Shown here: piece by piece, positions 1 through 12,574 of the stretch | How positions within the stretch are numbered: position 1 is the stretch's first letter | Layout of the letters: the number at the start of each line of letters is the position of its first letter | NCBI RefSeq assembly: GCF_001194135.2 | Contig: NC_068996.1 | Span: 20,931,970 to 20,964,447, forward strand | Origin: Octopus bimaculoides | Lineage: Eukaryota | DNA: 32,478 nucleotides | Direction: 5' to 3' | Notes under the pieces: generated by a model | Told to the model about the DNA's origin: nothing | What the model saw: only the letters and a program-made list of their open reading frames with translations | The model's database searches: none | Translations under genes and position numbers: made by a program

Positions 1-335
1 GAACTTTCTGATAGTCCTCTCCCCACCCATTTCGGAAAACATTTTCCCCACAAATTTCTTTATAATTGTAATCGATGCTGTTTGAAAGGTGTTTCTGTAA
101 AATTTCATTAAAAGATATCCATTTTCCTGAAAGTTATGCGAGAAAAAACGGATCGTGTGAATTTTCAAAAATCCTCTCCCCACCCCTTCGGAAAACATTT
201 TCCCCAGAAATGTCTTTATAATCATAATCTGTGCCATTTGAACGGTATTTCTATAAAATTTCATAAATATATATCCATTTTTCTGAAAGTTATGAGGGAT
301 CTTGTGAATTTTCCGAAAGTCTTCTCCCCACTCTC
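1..335. repeat. Diverged tandem repeat, ~150-157 bp unit, two copies plus a partial third (may extend left of the window)
   Basis: tcctctccccaccc..ttcggaaaacattttcccca starts at 15 and 172; tcttctcccca recurs at 320. The shared block tatccattt..ctgaaagttatg occurs in both full copies. Confidence 0.85.
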
Positions 336-1849
336 CCGTTCGTTTGCGCAATTTTTTTTCATATTCGTTTTCTACGCATTTTTTAATACTTCGTAGGCTA
401 GATTTTTTCAGTTTTCGTTAACGGGTCTTCAACTGTATGTTGACCATATATTCTTAATTAAATTACACATTCTAAAATAGAATTGAGAGCAATAGCTATA
501 AACATTGAACTCCTGCAAGAACATATTCTAAATTTATCCAAAATATTTTACGTCTGGTCTGTAATCTATAGCCTAAAGCATTCCTAAGAATAAAAATAAA
601 CCCCCAAATGTCTTTACAAGATAGTTATTTTTGCTCAAAGTCTAAAAATGGAATGAAGTTAGAGAAATTCATTTAATACCATACGATTTGAACAGTCACT
701 GATGGATCTTGTTTACATTCTAGTTATTTTGATTTACTCTGTTTTTCATGGCATTGAACACTCTACAGATATACAATATTTCCGTATGACGAAACACTGA
801 CATGCATGAGGTATCTAATCGTATGCGATGCAGTGTGACCGTCTGGACATGTTACACTGTCTCCATTCTATTTCTGTACGTCTGTTGTTAATGTTGTTTT
901 AACTGAGGTCAGTCCTAATCGAAGAAATTACACCAGTGACCATTCTGCCTTTTCCTTCTGTGCAAGCAACTTGTGGCAACAGTCTCTCCAACACCTCATT
1001 TTCAAAAGCGGTAAAATTTGCAGGAGATTTGATTGCTGTTTTTAGCAGGTCGAGGCCCACTCGTTGATGCATCTGTACATCTGCAAATTATGGTGGTGGC
1101 AAAGATGTTCTTAGCCACAGAGCAACTGTTGCTTTTCTTCAACACTTCTCGTTGAACCTGAACGTCCTTGCACGGTGTTTGGGAATGAATGACTTTTTGA
1201 TTTTGCAACTATTTTGGTAGTTATTATTGCATATGATTTTCTTTTGTCTATATTGAATGACAGAGAAATAGTGCTTTTAGAGGATAATGAATGGCAATAG
1301 TTCCACTTTATTATACATGCTTCAGAGCCATTTGGGTAACATACTGGCAGAGACCATGACGATAAGAAACAGTCGATTTGGAAGATGTTTTAAGTTTGCG
1401 GTCAGATTCGTAGGTAACGATTGGGGAAGTCATGCAGCTGTGTTTGAAGAATAATGGGCATTGACAAGAATAGCTAAAACAGGTTTCTTGATAATATACA
1501 TAAAAAATATTGCAATGTTACCAAATATCACCAAATGAATTGTTTGCGGAGGAAAGCTATAGAGCTAAGGGTTTTTTTTAACAAATACGGCCCCTGCTCT
1601 ATATCATTGCTGACGACTTCTCTAGTTGGCTCTAATGGCGAGAGATTATTAGTATGAAATGATCCACACGAAGGAGGCTAAATATGTTTTGAGGAAATTT
1701 TTGTTGAGTAATATCAAGTCAACCCTATGGTATTGAGATTGTCGGTCGAAGGACAAAGCAAGAAGAGGCCTCTATACCGTTGCTCGACCTGTAACAAAGC
1801 CTATCTTAAACACTACCCTATTGTCTTGATAAATAGTTAAATATACATA

Positions 1850-2340
1850 ATTTACAACAAAATATATGTCAGAAAGAAGAGAGTATGGTTATGGCAAGAG
1901 ATCGGGTTAAATGATGTTTTCTGGACATACAGTTCATATAGGTTACAATAAATGGTCGAGAGGACGGGTCCTTGGAGTAATACATCCAGGAAATTACTGA
2001 TACAAATGGTGTTATATAATATTCAGGTTTCGTTGCTTGAAATAGTTTTTCATCAGCATTTTGTGTTTAATTAAAAGGTGGGGACTAGAGTGGACGTTTT
2101 GTGAGTAGGATGGCCGTTGAGTATTTAGGAATTTTGCGACTATGCATTCAGGGATTATGTGTCTTAAATCTGTGTGATGTATTTTTCTTTTTTCAGTTAT
2201 GGTTTCTCTTCGGCTTTAGAATTGGAATGATTTTGTTTTGTATTCATCTTCTGGACATTTGGCATTGTCGAAGAGGTGTCTTACATTGTACCATGAACAT
2301 GGGAGCAAAGAAATTTCTTGTGTTCGTCACTCAACTAACT
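1850..2340 (-). mobile_element. Highly degraded non-LTR reverse transcriptase remnant
   Basis: Minus-strand translation with frameshifts gives KCPEDEYKT-KIIPILKP (~2190-2260; cf. WKxAKIIPILKP) and LQGPVLSTIYCNLY (QG at 1969-1974; cf. PQGSVLSxxLFNxY). Motif order is right, but spacing is short and there are many stops. Confidence 0.35.
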
Positions 2341-2809
2341 ATGTAGAGGATCTTTCTGATTTGGCGGACGCCACTTTACTTGAAATTAACCCAGAGCTAT
2401 CTTGAAGCAAGATTAAAGAGAAACAATAGTGTTGAAGCTTCAGAATGCAGCCATTGCAGAGAGACCCATAGAAGAAAACAACACAAACCGACTACAAATT
2501 CTTAAATTTCCCCCTAAAGAACAGGAATGTATCATCTAGTATATTATAACTATATTTATAGATAATCTGAACTTCCCTGTTACACAGCACTTCCACCCAA
2601 ATCATTTTTCCTCGCTACTCTTAATATCTCATCGCTCAGATGACTTCAGGCACCCCCCCCCCCGCTCAGAACGTCATTCTCTATACAACTTTACATTTTC
2701 CGAATAAATATCAACTGCAGATGTTGTAGCTGAAAATAAACCATAATTAATCTGACCAATGAGGGATGACAAAGATTAGGATCCTAGTTCTTGACCAAGT
2801 CCTAAGTAT

Positions 2810-2987
2810 AATTATAAGCACAGGGCTTGAAATTTTGGCAGGAAGGATGGCTTGGTGATTATATCGATCCGAAAGGATGAAAGGCAAAGTCCACCTTGGC
2901 AGAATTTGAAATCATAACGTAAAATCAGAAGAAAAGTTGCTCAACATTTTGTCTAGCGTGCTAACAATCCTGCCAGCTCGCCGCCTT
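2810..2987 (-). mobile_element. tRNA-derived SINE, family B (internally deleted, CpG largely retained)
   Basis: Matches the copy at 28342-28577: atcgatccgaaaggatgaaaggcaaagtc..ggcagaatttgaa..agcgtgctaac..ctgccagctcgccgcctt. Confidence 0.85.
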
Positions 2988-3371
2988 AATGATAGTAAAC
3001 ACAAAATATCTGATCAGTTTAAGGTATTGGCAACTCTAGCAGTCATCTGAGGCATTACGTGTCTGGGAGAGTCACAGGTCCGTCGCCAGACTTTGGTGTC
3101 TGGGAGTGTTTCAGAATATTCTGGGTGTGCACTAATTTGTAACAATGCTAAAGTGGTGTTTAAAAATAAGTGTATCGCTGTCAATCTGAGAGTGCACCAT
3201 TGAATAGTGAGTGGGGCAGTGCCGTCCAGGACACCCCCTAAGCGACAGGCATGGAGAATTACATCATGTGTTTTGGATATTCACAGAATACAAAGATAGA
3301 AATATGAAAATAATAAAAAATGTATATTTAATAAATCCAAATACACAAACTATATTTCTTTATTTGCAGGT

Positions 3372-3737
3372 TTTACTTTTTTCTTTTACTTGTCTTCATC
3401 ACTGGATTACAATAATGCTGGGGTACAGCCTTAAAGGACTTCAGTCGAACAAGTCGACCCCAATAACCATTTTAAGTCGGTCTCTCTAAATTACAGGGAC
3501 GTAAGCAAACCAGCATCGGTTGTCAAATGCTGGAGGGGACAAACACACGCACGCCACATGCATACACACATATCAGACGGGCTTCCACACAGTTTCCGCA
3601 CACCAAATTCAGTCACACTATATTGGTCGGTCCCGGGCTTTAGTAGAAGACACTAACTCAAGGTGCCGCGCAGTGTAACTGAACCCAAAACCATATGGTT
3701 ACATAGCGAGCTTCTTAATCACATAGATGATATACCT
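3372..3737 (-). mobile_element. tRNA-derived SINE, family A (older copy)
   Basis: Colinear with 22657-23018: ttttactt tail, gggacgtaa..accagcatcggttgtcaa, internal CA microsatellite, gacgggcttc..cagtttccg, tagtagaagacact..caaggtgcc, tRNA-like head. Confidence 0.85.
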
Positions 3738-4501
3738 AAGCTTATTGAGAATATTCGTTAATTAAAATTTTGAAAAAAAAAAATGTAAGGGCATCAAAAT
3801 TCAGCTTAGGCACCAGTAACCCTCGGGTGGCCAGCCCTAAGTGTTGAATATAATGTCTGAAAAGAAGACGGTTGAAAAGCTGGACGAACTATGAAAATAT
3901 TGGTGATGAGAGCAATGGGTGAGTAAATTAGTGTAAGCTAGAGAGGTTACTTGGCCGGGAAGCAATTAATATAAAGGTCACCGTTGCTTATTTAATAACA
4001 CAAAGTTAGTTTGAATGAAAATATCAGCCAGAAAAATCCCCATTTTATTTTTGCCGTAGATAATCAGCCCTGTGGAAGTTATATTTTATCCCTTCCGGCT
4101 TGTTAAATCTACTTTACTTTTGCTTCGTACCAGTTGATATTCCTTTCCCTTTAATATCCCTCACCCTTCCTTACTAACTGTGTGCTTTAGATAATACAAA
4201 CACCCACCACACACATTTACCACTTCAAGCCACTGAAATCATGCTGTAATGTCGTAGCATCACCTCTACTACTTGCCCCCGCTGCCAAATATGCCCCTTA
4301 CACTCCAGCAACATATCTTTGGATAGACGGCTGCTTTCTATTTTCCAACCTAATTTTCCATTTTTCTTTTCTAACTCTTTCTCCCACTTCTATTCGCTAC
4401 CATTTTGTCCAAGCTTTTTTTATTTATTTTTTTTCAGAGGAGAGGCACGTAGTTCTTCAAACTAATTTTGAATACGATATATCTAAGAAGGTGGTTATTC
4501 C

Positions 4502-4503
<2 letters not shown>

Positions 4504-4536
<33 letters not shown>

Positions 4537-4545
4537 TGTGTGTGT
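4504..4545. repeat. Compound (GA)n(GT)n microsatellite
   Basis: Directly visible. Confidence 0.95.
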
Positions 4546-4995
4546 AAGCTAGCAATTTAAAAGTTAAAAAGATAATTTTCTTTTCTGTTATTAATAGTAT
4601 GATTTTAAATAACCATCCAAGATGGTATCCAACTTAGGAAGGATCAAATAAATGTCCAATTCAAGCCAGATCAGAAATAACATGTTAATTAAGAATAATT
4701 AGAGAATGGCATGCAGACATCCACATACATCAGCACGCATATATTCACACGCGCGCGCGCATAAATATTTGCTTATACCCCCCACACATACATATTTGTA
4801 TATATTCATACACACGCACACACACTATATAAATATTTACATATATTCACACAAATACATATGAATACTTGCTATGTTCACTCACTTACACGTTGAAGAT
4901 CAACAAGGTTGCGTGTCTAAATTTCACGAACCTTCCTTAGAATATTCCCTAACATTTTTCATGAAGTCCCTCATAAAAAAGCAAAACAAGCTGTA

Positions 4996-5095
4996 GGCGA
5001 AGGTAAAGAATATGCACACCACTCGTTTTCGGCGGTTAGGGTTAGGATTAAGGTTACGCCAAAAACGGGTGGTGTGCATATTCTTTACCTCTGCC
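4996..5095. mobile_element. Palindromic MITE-like element with a telomere-like central spacer
   Basis: Arms 5002-5034 and 5057-5089 are reverse complements at 31 of 33 positions. The spacer is gttagggttaggattaaggtta. The arms extend imperfectly to ggc (4996) and gcc (5095). No clean TSD. Confidence 0.6.
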
Positions 5096-5879
5096 AAAGA
5101 TGTGAGCATCTTTCTTAATCTTTGTAAATTATTAAAGTAAATATCAGTAGGCATATTTGTTTTTATATTTTTGAAAGTATTATTTTGAACCTCATATTTT
5201 TCAGTTTTTTTAGTTGTAAGCCAAACAGAGAAAAACTTGGTGCTTGAGTTAAGATCCTCCATCTCCACTCAGCAGAATCATTGCTGTTGACTTAGTGGAA
5301 CCATATAATTGAAACATAGAAATAATATTTCATCATTCATGACAGAAATTCGTTACTTTTGACCTAATGATTCAATACAAAAATTATAATTTCTTCACGA
5401 AGGTACTCAACAGAATCGTTGCAGTAATATTGCAAAAAGAAATCAATATTTTTCCTATTGAAAAATTAGACTATTTCTACAAATCCAAAAGGGCAATCAG
5501 ATGGTAGAAACGATAGAGAACTAAGTCAAATGCCTTACTACAGGTCTCTGAAGTTTTCCAACTATCGGCAGTTTTGGTAGTTGGAATACATCTTTGAAAT
5601 TGACCTTCAGTTCACACTTCTTTTATCACTCGCACCTCTCACATCAATATAGCAAACGTAAAGATTAATTATGTATTATTTTGAACTGTCTGCACCACAT
5701 GGTATCTGTATCTTTAACCATATTCCGATTCTTCAAATTCTTTTGAGTTCTTCTATCCTGGGAGGATCAATATTTCTCTAACCTAACCATGCCTTTCTAC
5801 TGCACAAAGTCCTATTTCTCACGTATCCTTTAGAACTTTAAATCAAGTAAATGATCAGAATTCCTTCATTAGTCAAACG

Positions 5880-6850
5880 CTGACTACCCTCAGAAGTAAA
5901 TATACTTCGTCTCTGACTATGCAAAACAGCTAAGGGGTTGATCAATATCATCCTCCTTACTGTGTCTTTCCAAAAAAAGAGGAAAAAACGAGATTAAGAT
6001 AAAACAATAAGATAATAGAACGTTTGTAATTAGTTTGTATAAACGTTCAAATGATACTGCATGGGAGTGGGGCCCATGCAGCCTTTTTATTTTTATATAA
6101 CATCTCATTTTCATTCGTTTTATGTTTTTGTCCCCACTGTAGTGTCCCCTCTGTGTTTTGGCCGTAGTGCCAAAATAAAAAGACATACTATGTCTTTCCA
6201 CATTACTCAAACATCTAATACTCAAGAGGCTCACTTGCAGCTTTTCAACAGTCGAATTAACAAACACCTGGAAAGTATTATTAACCATCACCAATAAAGA
6301 GTTTGTCATAACACCTGAAAGATGACCACAATAAAAACAAATGGCTTCTTCCTGCAATGTACTACAGGATTTTCTGTTCCCTTGCCAAAATTCTAAACGT
6401 CGATCATCAACTAAGATGGTTTTGTAACAAGTAGTCCTGCTATATATACTGCTTGCTTCACATTTGCACAAAAAAATTATTCTTAAGTATAGCATCTAAA
6501 AGATGATGGAAACAAACATGCTCTTCGATCTGCTGAGGACTTACGTCACAGTACATCAGTGACAACACCCTCCTTTCACAAAAAAACACTGCAAGATTAA
6601 GAACCGCAAAACTTCCGCCGAAGTTTTCAGGGCGATATTAGACAATAAATCTGAGAAAGATGGATCCAAAGATTAGGTTTCCTTTTTAGGAACATATATT
6701 ATCTCAGCATTGGCTCAAGATTCACATAGGAATATTGGTCATATGTTTGCCATGGCGTTAGAACTACGTGTAAAAACATCCTAGACTGCATCTAGAAGAC
6801 TCATCAACAAGCTACAAATAATAGCTCATGGATATACTGTTTGTCTTCTG
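5880..6850 (+). mobile_element. Ancient degraded LINE reverse transcriptase remnant
   Basis: Motif-like segments appear in the expected order: S*GVDQYHP (~5925), QLFNSRINKHLESIINHHQ (~6238-6294), LTSQYISDNTLL (~6540-6575; YADD-like) and VSFLGTYI (~6678; FLG). There are multiple stops and frameshifts, and spacing is shortened. Confidence 0.4.
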
Positions 6851-8099
6851 TTTAAACCTCAATAATGTCTGCTTCTCTGAAATAATATCTGCATTTCACA
6901 CCCTCATAGTTTCAAAGTAATTCCCTCATCTCTTTACAATATCATGGATCCTGCTTTCAGATACCACACTAAACACTTAATCTAATATTCCTCACAAACA
7001 GCTAGAATTTTCGCATAGAAGTAGAGATCGATCATTTAACCGCAACTGTCTCACTGGGAAGGCTTGCACAGGTTATAGTTTCTGCACCTTTTTCCCCGAT
7101 TAAAAAAGAAAACTCCTTTCCTCTCTTGCTTTAAATTCCGCTTTGGTCGACTTTTTGTTATTCTCTTTCTTGGGGAATGGTTACAATATGTAACAGAAGC
7201 AATGAGATCAGTTCAGTCGACTGTTATATTCTACCTCCAAAAACGTACCATTAAAAAAAAATTATTATTACAAAAGTGTTTGAATAGTGATTCACTATGT
7301 TTCCTTAGAACAACATTACTTTTTCACTCTTTGTTAAATGACAGACAAGAACCAAATACACTACATTCTGTATTCATCAGAGGAATTGAACTTATTGAAC
7401 TGTTGTTCTAAATTGACTGAATGTTGCCGACAGCGTACAACCCTCACCAGTTTACTCAGATACCGGGTTCAACTCAATACATAAGTTTAATTTCATTATA
7501 TGCCTTAGGGAAACCAAACATTTAAACTAAACAATAAGGTTGATTTCAATAAGTGAATGTTTTTCCACTGTCACATTCTAGTCCTCCACCACCTTTATTT
7601 TCAATGTAACTGTCGGCTTATAGCCCGAACCAATGAGGAAGCTTCTAATAGGGTGGATCGATATACAAGAAATAGGAGTCAGATTTCCCTTAAATTTGTA
7701 AATAGTTTGACCATTACACCTTACCGCTCTGAAAAGTGCAAATCACACAATGTCGGAGAAATGGATGTGTTGATAGTCATGGTTGGAATAACTTTAATCG
7801 TACGTACATATTAGGGTTGCCTGGGATCAAATAATGTAGACAATTTATTTAAGAGGTTTCAATATAGTTTAAAATGACGGTTATTTAAATGAGTAAATAT
7901 TGAGTTTCCTCTCCCACATTACTTTAAATGAAAACACTTTGACTGTTTGTATAACTAGATTCGGGTGGAAGACTAAAAAATAAATATATCTAACATCAGT
8001 TTGTTGAGAAAGAACCGTATACTGAGATTATTTCACCATAAGCTAGGTATTTGCATAACTCGTAAATAAAATAGTTTATAATAATAAATGATGGAATCA

Positions 8100-9059
8100 C
8101 AAATTCATCTTTTAAGATATGTAAAACACTACATAAACATCGCCGCATGTGCGTATACGTCCCGTCTTCCCCCTCCTCCCTATTGAAACAAAGCAAGTGC
8201 TCGAACAATAATAACAGAGCACTGACACTAAGACGTCTGTACTATATTAAACAGAAAGCAAAACGTAACCGTTAATGTCGTAAAATCACTCTCCACTTGT
8301 ATCATTAGAATCGATTAAAACGGTTTCTTATTTGACATAATCCTAAAAGTAATTTAAAAAAAATATTCATAGAATTTGATGAAGTTTATATGGGTTTTTG
8401 ATTTGACATAAAATATTTTCTTTTGTTTAAATGTTCACTGGCAGTCAGTATATATTTATTGTAGGTGCTGTGATGTGTGTTATCAGTTTATGGTTAGAAG
8501 TAGAACGAGGCTGTCTACTGGAGACCAAGGTGGCTATTGCTTAACGCGGTGCACGCATCTAGCAACACACACACAAAACTAACAAGGCGACTTAAATATA
8601 TCACTTTCTTCCGATAAATGCGAGCTTGGAGAAATATTTGGATACTCGAGAGATTGATAGACTTGAAAAGTTATAGAAGGAACATCGAATTTTGTCCATG
8701 CTTGTAATACAATAAGAGCTCGAGTGGTTTCTACAGACAGTGTATATATATATACACATATATATATATGAAGTTGTCTGGATGTTTTTATATTTTTCTG
8801 TTTTTTTTTCACGAAGAGGAAAAGACTTCTCTGCGAAGCAAAGTTGACCACGCTGGAATAAAAAGAAACTAAAGTGAATTTATAAAAAGTAGAAACAGAA
8901 GTTTTCCAAATAAATCAAATCCTTTTCATCTTCAGTTGGATTATGATTACAAGTTCTTTTCTCTTGATTCCCTAATGTATATAAACAAAATAGTATAAGT
9001 CTGCGTGCTTGGCGACTATATTATATATACATGTGGTTGTATATGCATTTTTGAGGGAC
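8100..9059 (+). promoter_or_regulatory. Putative promoter/5' UTR region of the + strand gene
   Basis: Repeat-poor, CpG-retaining sequence directly upstream of the first coding exon. The TSS cannot be located; this is inference only. Confidence 0.3.
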
Positions 9060-9640
9060 ATGATTTTAGGTCCAGAATCTTCTATCTGTAGTTTGTCCTC
9101 CATGTCGGCAAACCCACCAGGTTTTGGTCAGTTTTCTAATAACAACTACATGCCTGGCATAGGCAACCCATGTGTTACCCAGTTTGTATCTCCGACTTTC
9201 TTGAATTCATCTTCGGTTTCCACGGGGACTACTAACACAGTTTCTTCTGCTGTGTCTTCACCAATCCTATCTCCCCCTTCATCATCGCAGTTATTTTTAA
9301 ATTATGGGGGACTTCCCTTTGCACAGCACATCCAGACTGGTTTCACATTTACTTCACCAACTCAGTCATATTCACTGATGGGATCGCCTTCTGGTGCAAT
9401 GTTGCCCGGAGGGGTGACCGGTCCTCATTTACATCACTTGCACCATTATAATTCTCATATTGGTGGAGGAAATTCCTACCTCCATACTTCAACAGCAACG
9501 ACCCCTAGCACAGCCCCAGGAGTTGGAGTCACCTGGCAACATACAGTACCGTCATCCATGCCATGGGTTCAAGCGAATTCCATTACACCTAACCCCGTTT
9601 GTTTCAGCGATGTTATGTCCTCCTCATCTATTCTCACAGG
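9060..9640 (+). CDS. Probable first coding exon of an unidentified gene; low-complexity S/P/T/G/H-rich N-terminus (start at ATG 9060, or ATG 9102 giving MSANPPGFGQ...)
   Basis: The longest N-free ORF in the track, with higher GC than its flanks and a protein-like composition (SPILSPPSSS, HLHHLHHY). It ends exactly at a strong donor, AGG|GTAAGC (GT at 9641-9642, phase 2), and the ORF's stop lies inside the donor. Confidence 0.8.
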
Positions 9641-10349
9641 GTAAGCAACGTTTATTCCTTTGTTTTGCCGCGCTCCCATACATTTATATATTATATGCTG
9701 TGACAAACTACTTACATTTCATAATATTGTCAGCTATCTAATCGTTCTTGAAAATTTCCTGTATTATTGTTTTTGTTATAAAGTCTTTTTATTTGTGCTA
9801 ATAAATTTTCGTTTATGCCAGCCTCATAAACAGTCCAGTTCGTCACCGCAGCCACAACTAATTTATATAACAATCCACGAGGGATAGCCTATAAGTGGTT
9901 GCGTCACATGCTCGAAATAACAGTCAAATGTATTTACTTCAAACCACTAGGCTATCCCACTAAAAAAGGAAGAACATATTGGATAATGTAGTCTAAACTA
10001 CACGATGCCTAAAAAAAGGAAGATGGTGAGCTGACCCTTGTTGGAATAGTTTAATCACAACAGTTCAAGCACACACACACACATAAAATTGATGGGACTT
10101 AACGGCCATTTTTGTTGTTTTCTGCAAGTTGATCAACAGTACCAAATTATATACACGTATGTGCAAGTATTTAGGAATGCATATAAATATCCATGTTAAT
10201 GAGTATTTATGCTTGCATATATGTATATATACACGTACATATATAAATATATTTACACAAATTTTTATATGTATAGATGCATATAATTGCACTTATTTAC
10301 CCCCCCCCCCACATGTATATATAACATCCAGACATAGATGATACATGAC

Positions 10350-10500
10350 TTGTAGTTGACTAACTCCAGGTGAACGTTGTTCAGCAACTGGCCATGACCA
10401 TCCTCATCATTTTAAGAATATCGCGTAGTGTATTGAACCAATGTTTTTTAGTATGGTAGACAGTTGTTTGTACTTCAAACAACTGCTATTTCTAACATTT
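10350..10500 (+). mobile_element. Degraded dispersed repeat, family D
   Basis: Shares ccatgaccatcc and ctgctatttcta motifs with 20385-20700, 24150-24450 and the fragment at 1025-1055. Confidence 0.4.
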
Positions 10501-12465
10501 CCATTCATAATCACAAAGTTTGGATGATGTTGTTTACAGAAAGTTAGAAGTAAACTTTTTTTTTCTCTTCAATGAAGAAATCCTGTTTCTCGAGTTTAAG
10601 AAAGACACCGTTGATATTGAAATACGTTTATATTTTAATTACGTGTCTATTCATATGTGTTTGTGAGTAACGCATGGACTACATAATTGAAGTGGATTTA
10701 TCAAGTGTTGTTGACATTGTAAGAATGAAGAAAAGAAATTATTGGACATATATACATTTATATACATATGTGTGTCTATGCGTATGTACCTATATCTTAT
10801 CTTTCTATCATAAGAGTAGAAATTCGGAGTCTGTAAGAACGGAAAAGGAATAGTTTCTAATAATAGTTGTCAGGCTCAGAATCTGGATGCAAATGTCAAG
10901 AGATCTTACATGAATTACAGATGAAATAACATGGTAAACTTTGCAGAGGAGACAAAATGGAAAATATGGCATTGGTTGAAGAATAATAAGAAGGTAGATT
11001 TGAGTAAATAACGGAATAAAGAATTTTCCAGAATTTTAGCAGTTTCTTTGGAACAGCTAAAATGAAATTTATTATAAATAAACTTCAACTAAAAATTTGT
11101 CATTGAGAAGATTTTCGAAGAAAATATATAATTTCCTTTTGTCCACGTTAATTTAGCACGTGGCATAATATCCCGGTAAACTGAAGATTTGACTGAGAAA
11201 TAAAGTTATGAAAAAGACTGATGTTTCACTAGTACACAATGACTACATATATATAAATGGCTAATGTGAACAAAACTACAATATACATTTAATATTTTTA
11301 AATGATGCAAAATTAAATCGGTTATTTGGTGAAATATTTCTGTAACTTCTTCCGGATTTAATTTACTCATAATATTATTATTATTATTAGCAGCAGCAGC
11401 TCATGTTTTAGTCTAGTGGGTTACGGTATTTTGGCTGATTTATTTCATATTTTGATTCGTTTAAACCGTTGTGGAATTACTAGTAGAGGTTTTTACAAAT
11501 GAAAGAACTATTTGTAGCGATTTTATGTTTATTTACGGAACTTTTGGGCCTAAGCTATTTTAAAATTATAAATTGTGAATTTCAAATTAAATGTTCAGAT
11601 TTCATATCTCGGATATAAGTAAATAACCCCCTCCCCCCAAAAAACCCCTTGGTGTTTGTATTTAATTTTCGTGTTACGTTTTACCACTTTTATTTGAATC
11701 CATATCTAAGTATATTTGATGATTATTAATTATATGATTTCATTTCGTTTTTTTTTTCTTTTTTCTTTTCTCTTTGGAAATGCCAGATAACAACAGTGCT
11801 GCTCTTTTGACATTCTGTTTCTTATTGGGGGAAGTAGAACTGAAGAAAAAGATAAAATCCGAACAAGTTGTCTGAATTTATATCATAGTAGTAACTGTTG
11901 TTCATGTATCCATGATAAGGTTAGACCTGCTGGACGGCCATCTGAGCGATATATAAAAATTATTTTGCTGTAAAATTTCTGTAAATTAAGCTGCTATACT
12001 TTTATAATACTGAAAAATACCCAACATCATAGTATTTTTCAATTATAGCTTATATTTAAAACCTTCACCCTAAATAATATTGCTGTTAACGTGTGAATTT
12101 GATCCCTTAAATAGTGAATTTCAATAAACTCTGATTAATGTACAGGTGAATTAGTCAATTTGTGTCAGTGGGTATAAAAGTATGTCTGACTCATTAAAAT
12201 TTCTGACTATATATTTTATAGAAACAAAGGCTTGTTATTTACATTATTATTAGATGGATATTTTACTGTAAAGTCTTGCTATACATTAAAATCTGCTGAT
12301 AAAGGAAGTTTTATAATGTTAACACCATTTTATAATATGTAGATTGACATTATTTATATGTTCTTCGAGATCCAGTTCCAAACAAAGATGTTTTTAATTT
12401 TTTTTTTTAATGTTTTTTTATGAAACCAAAACAGTGCAAGTTGATGGTTTGTACATTTACTTTGT

Positions 12466-12502
12466 ATTTCTATATTTTGGTGCTTGGACCTCTTCTGGAA
12501 AT
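12466..12502 (-). ncRNA. Degenerate minimal type I hammerhead ribozyme (stems intact, core mutated)
   Basis: Minus strand reads AUUUC-CAGAAGA-GGU-CCAAGC-ACC-AAAA-UAUA-GAAAU. Stem I is AUUUC/GAAAU, stem II is GGU/ACC, and the mini stem III is the palindrome AUAU. The core differs from CUGANGA and GAAA by one base each. Confidence 0.55.
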
Positions 12503-12529
12503 CTTTGGAGAAATCATCTTACAAACACC

Positions 12530-12574
12530 ATTTCTCTGAAGAAGGAAGGGATCCTAACACTGAAATATTGAAAT
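12530..12574 (+). ncRNA. Degenerate minimal type I hammerhead ribozyme (core intact, stem II disrupted)
   Basis: Plus strand reads AUUUC-U-CUGAAGA-AGGAAGGGAUCCUAACACU-GAAA-UAUU-GAAAU. It is homologous to the minus-strand copy and carries insertions. Confidence 0.5.

Noticed and set aside
2020-2060. Minus-strand CTGATGA...GAAAC hammerhead-like motif
   Set aside because: The intervening sequence forms no stem II and no stem III/UH site follows.
4924-5268. 114-aa minus-strand ORF
   Set aside because: AT-rich, runs through the palindrome (NLNPNPN comes from the telomere-like spacer), and has no protein-like features or splice support.
5917-6495. 192-aa minus-strand ORF
   Set aside because: No recognisable domain. 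It lies antisense to the probable degraded RT remnant and is likely a chance open frame.
6532-6556. CTGCTGA-GGAC-TTAC-GTC hammerhead-like hairpin
   Set aside because: The core is mutated, no GAAA follows, and it lies inside the putative LINE RT remnant.
10370-10455. Possible exon (ccAG|GTGAAC... VNVVQQLAMTILII)
   Set aside because: Immediate TGA in the phase required by exon 1, a weak donor, and it lies within a family D repeat.
11786-11920. Long polypyrimidine tract plus cAG at ~11785-11787
   Set aside because: All three frames hit stops before a plausible donor; the required phase gives an immediate TAA.
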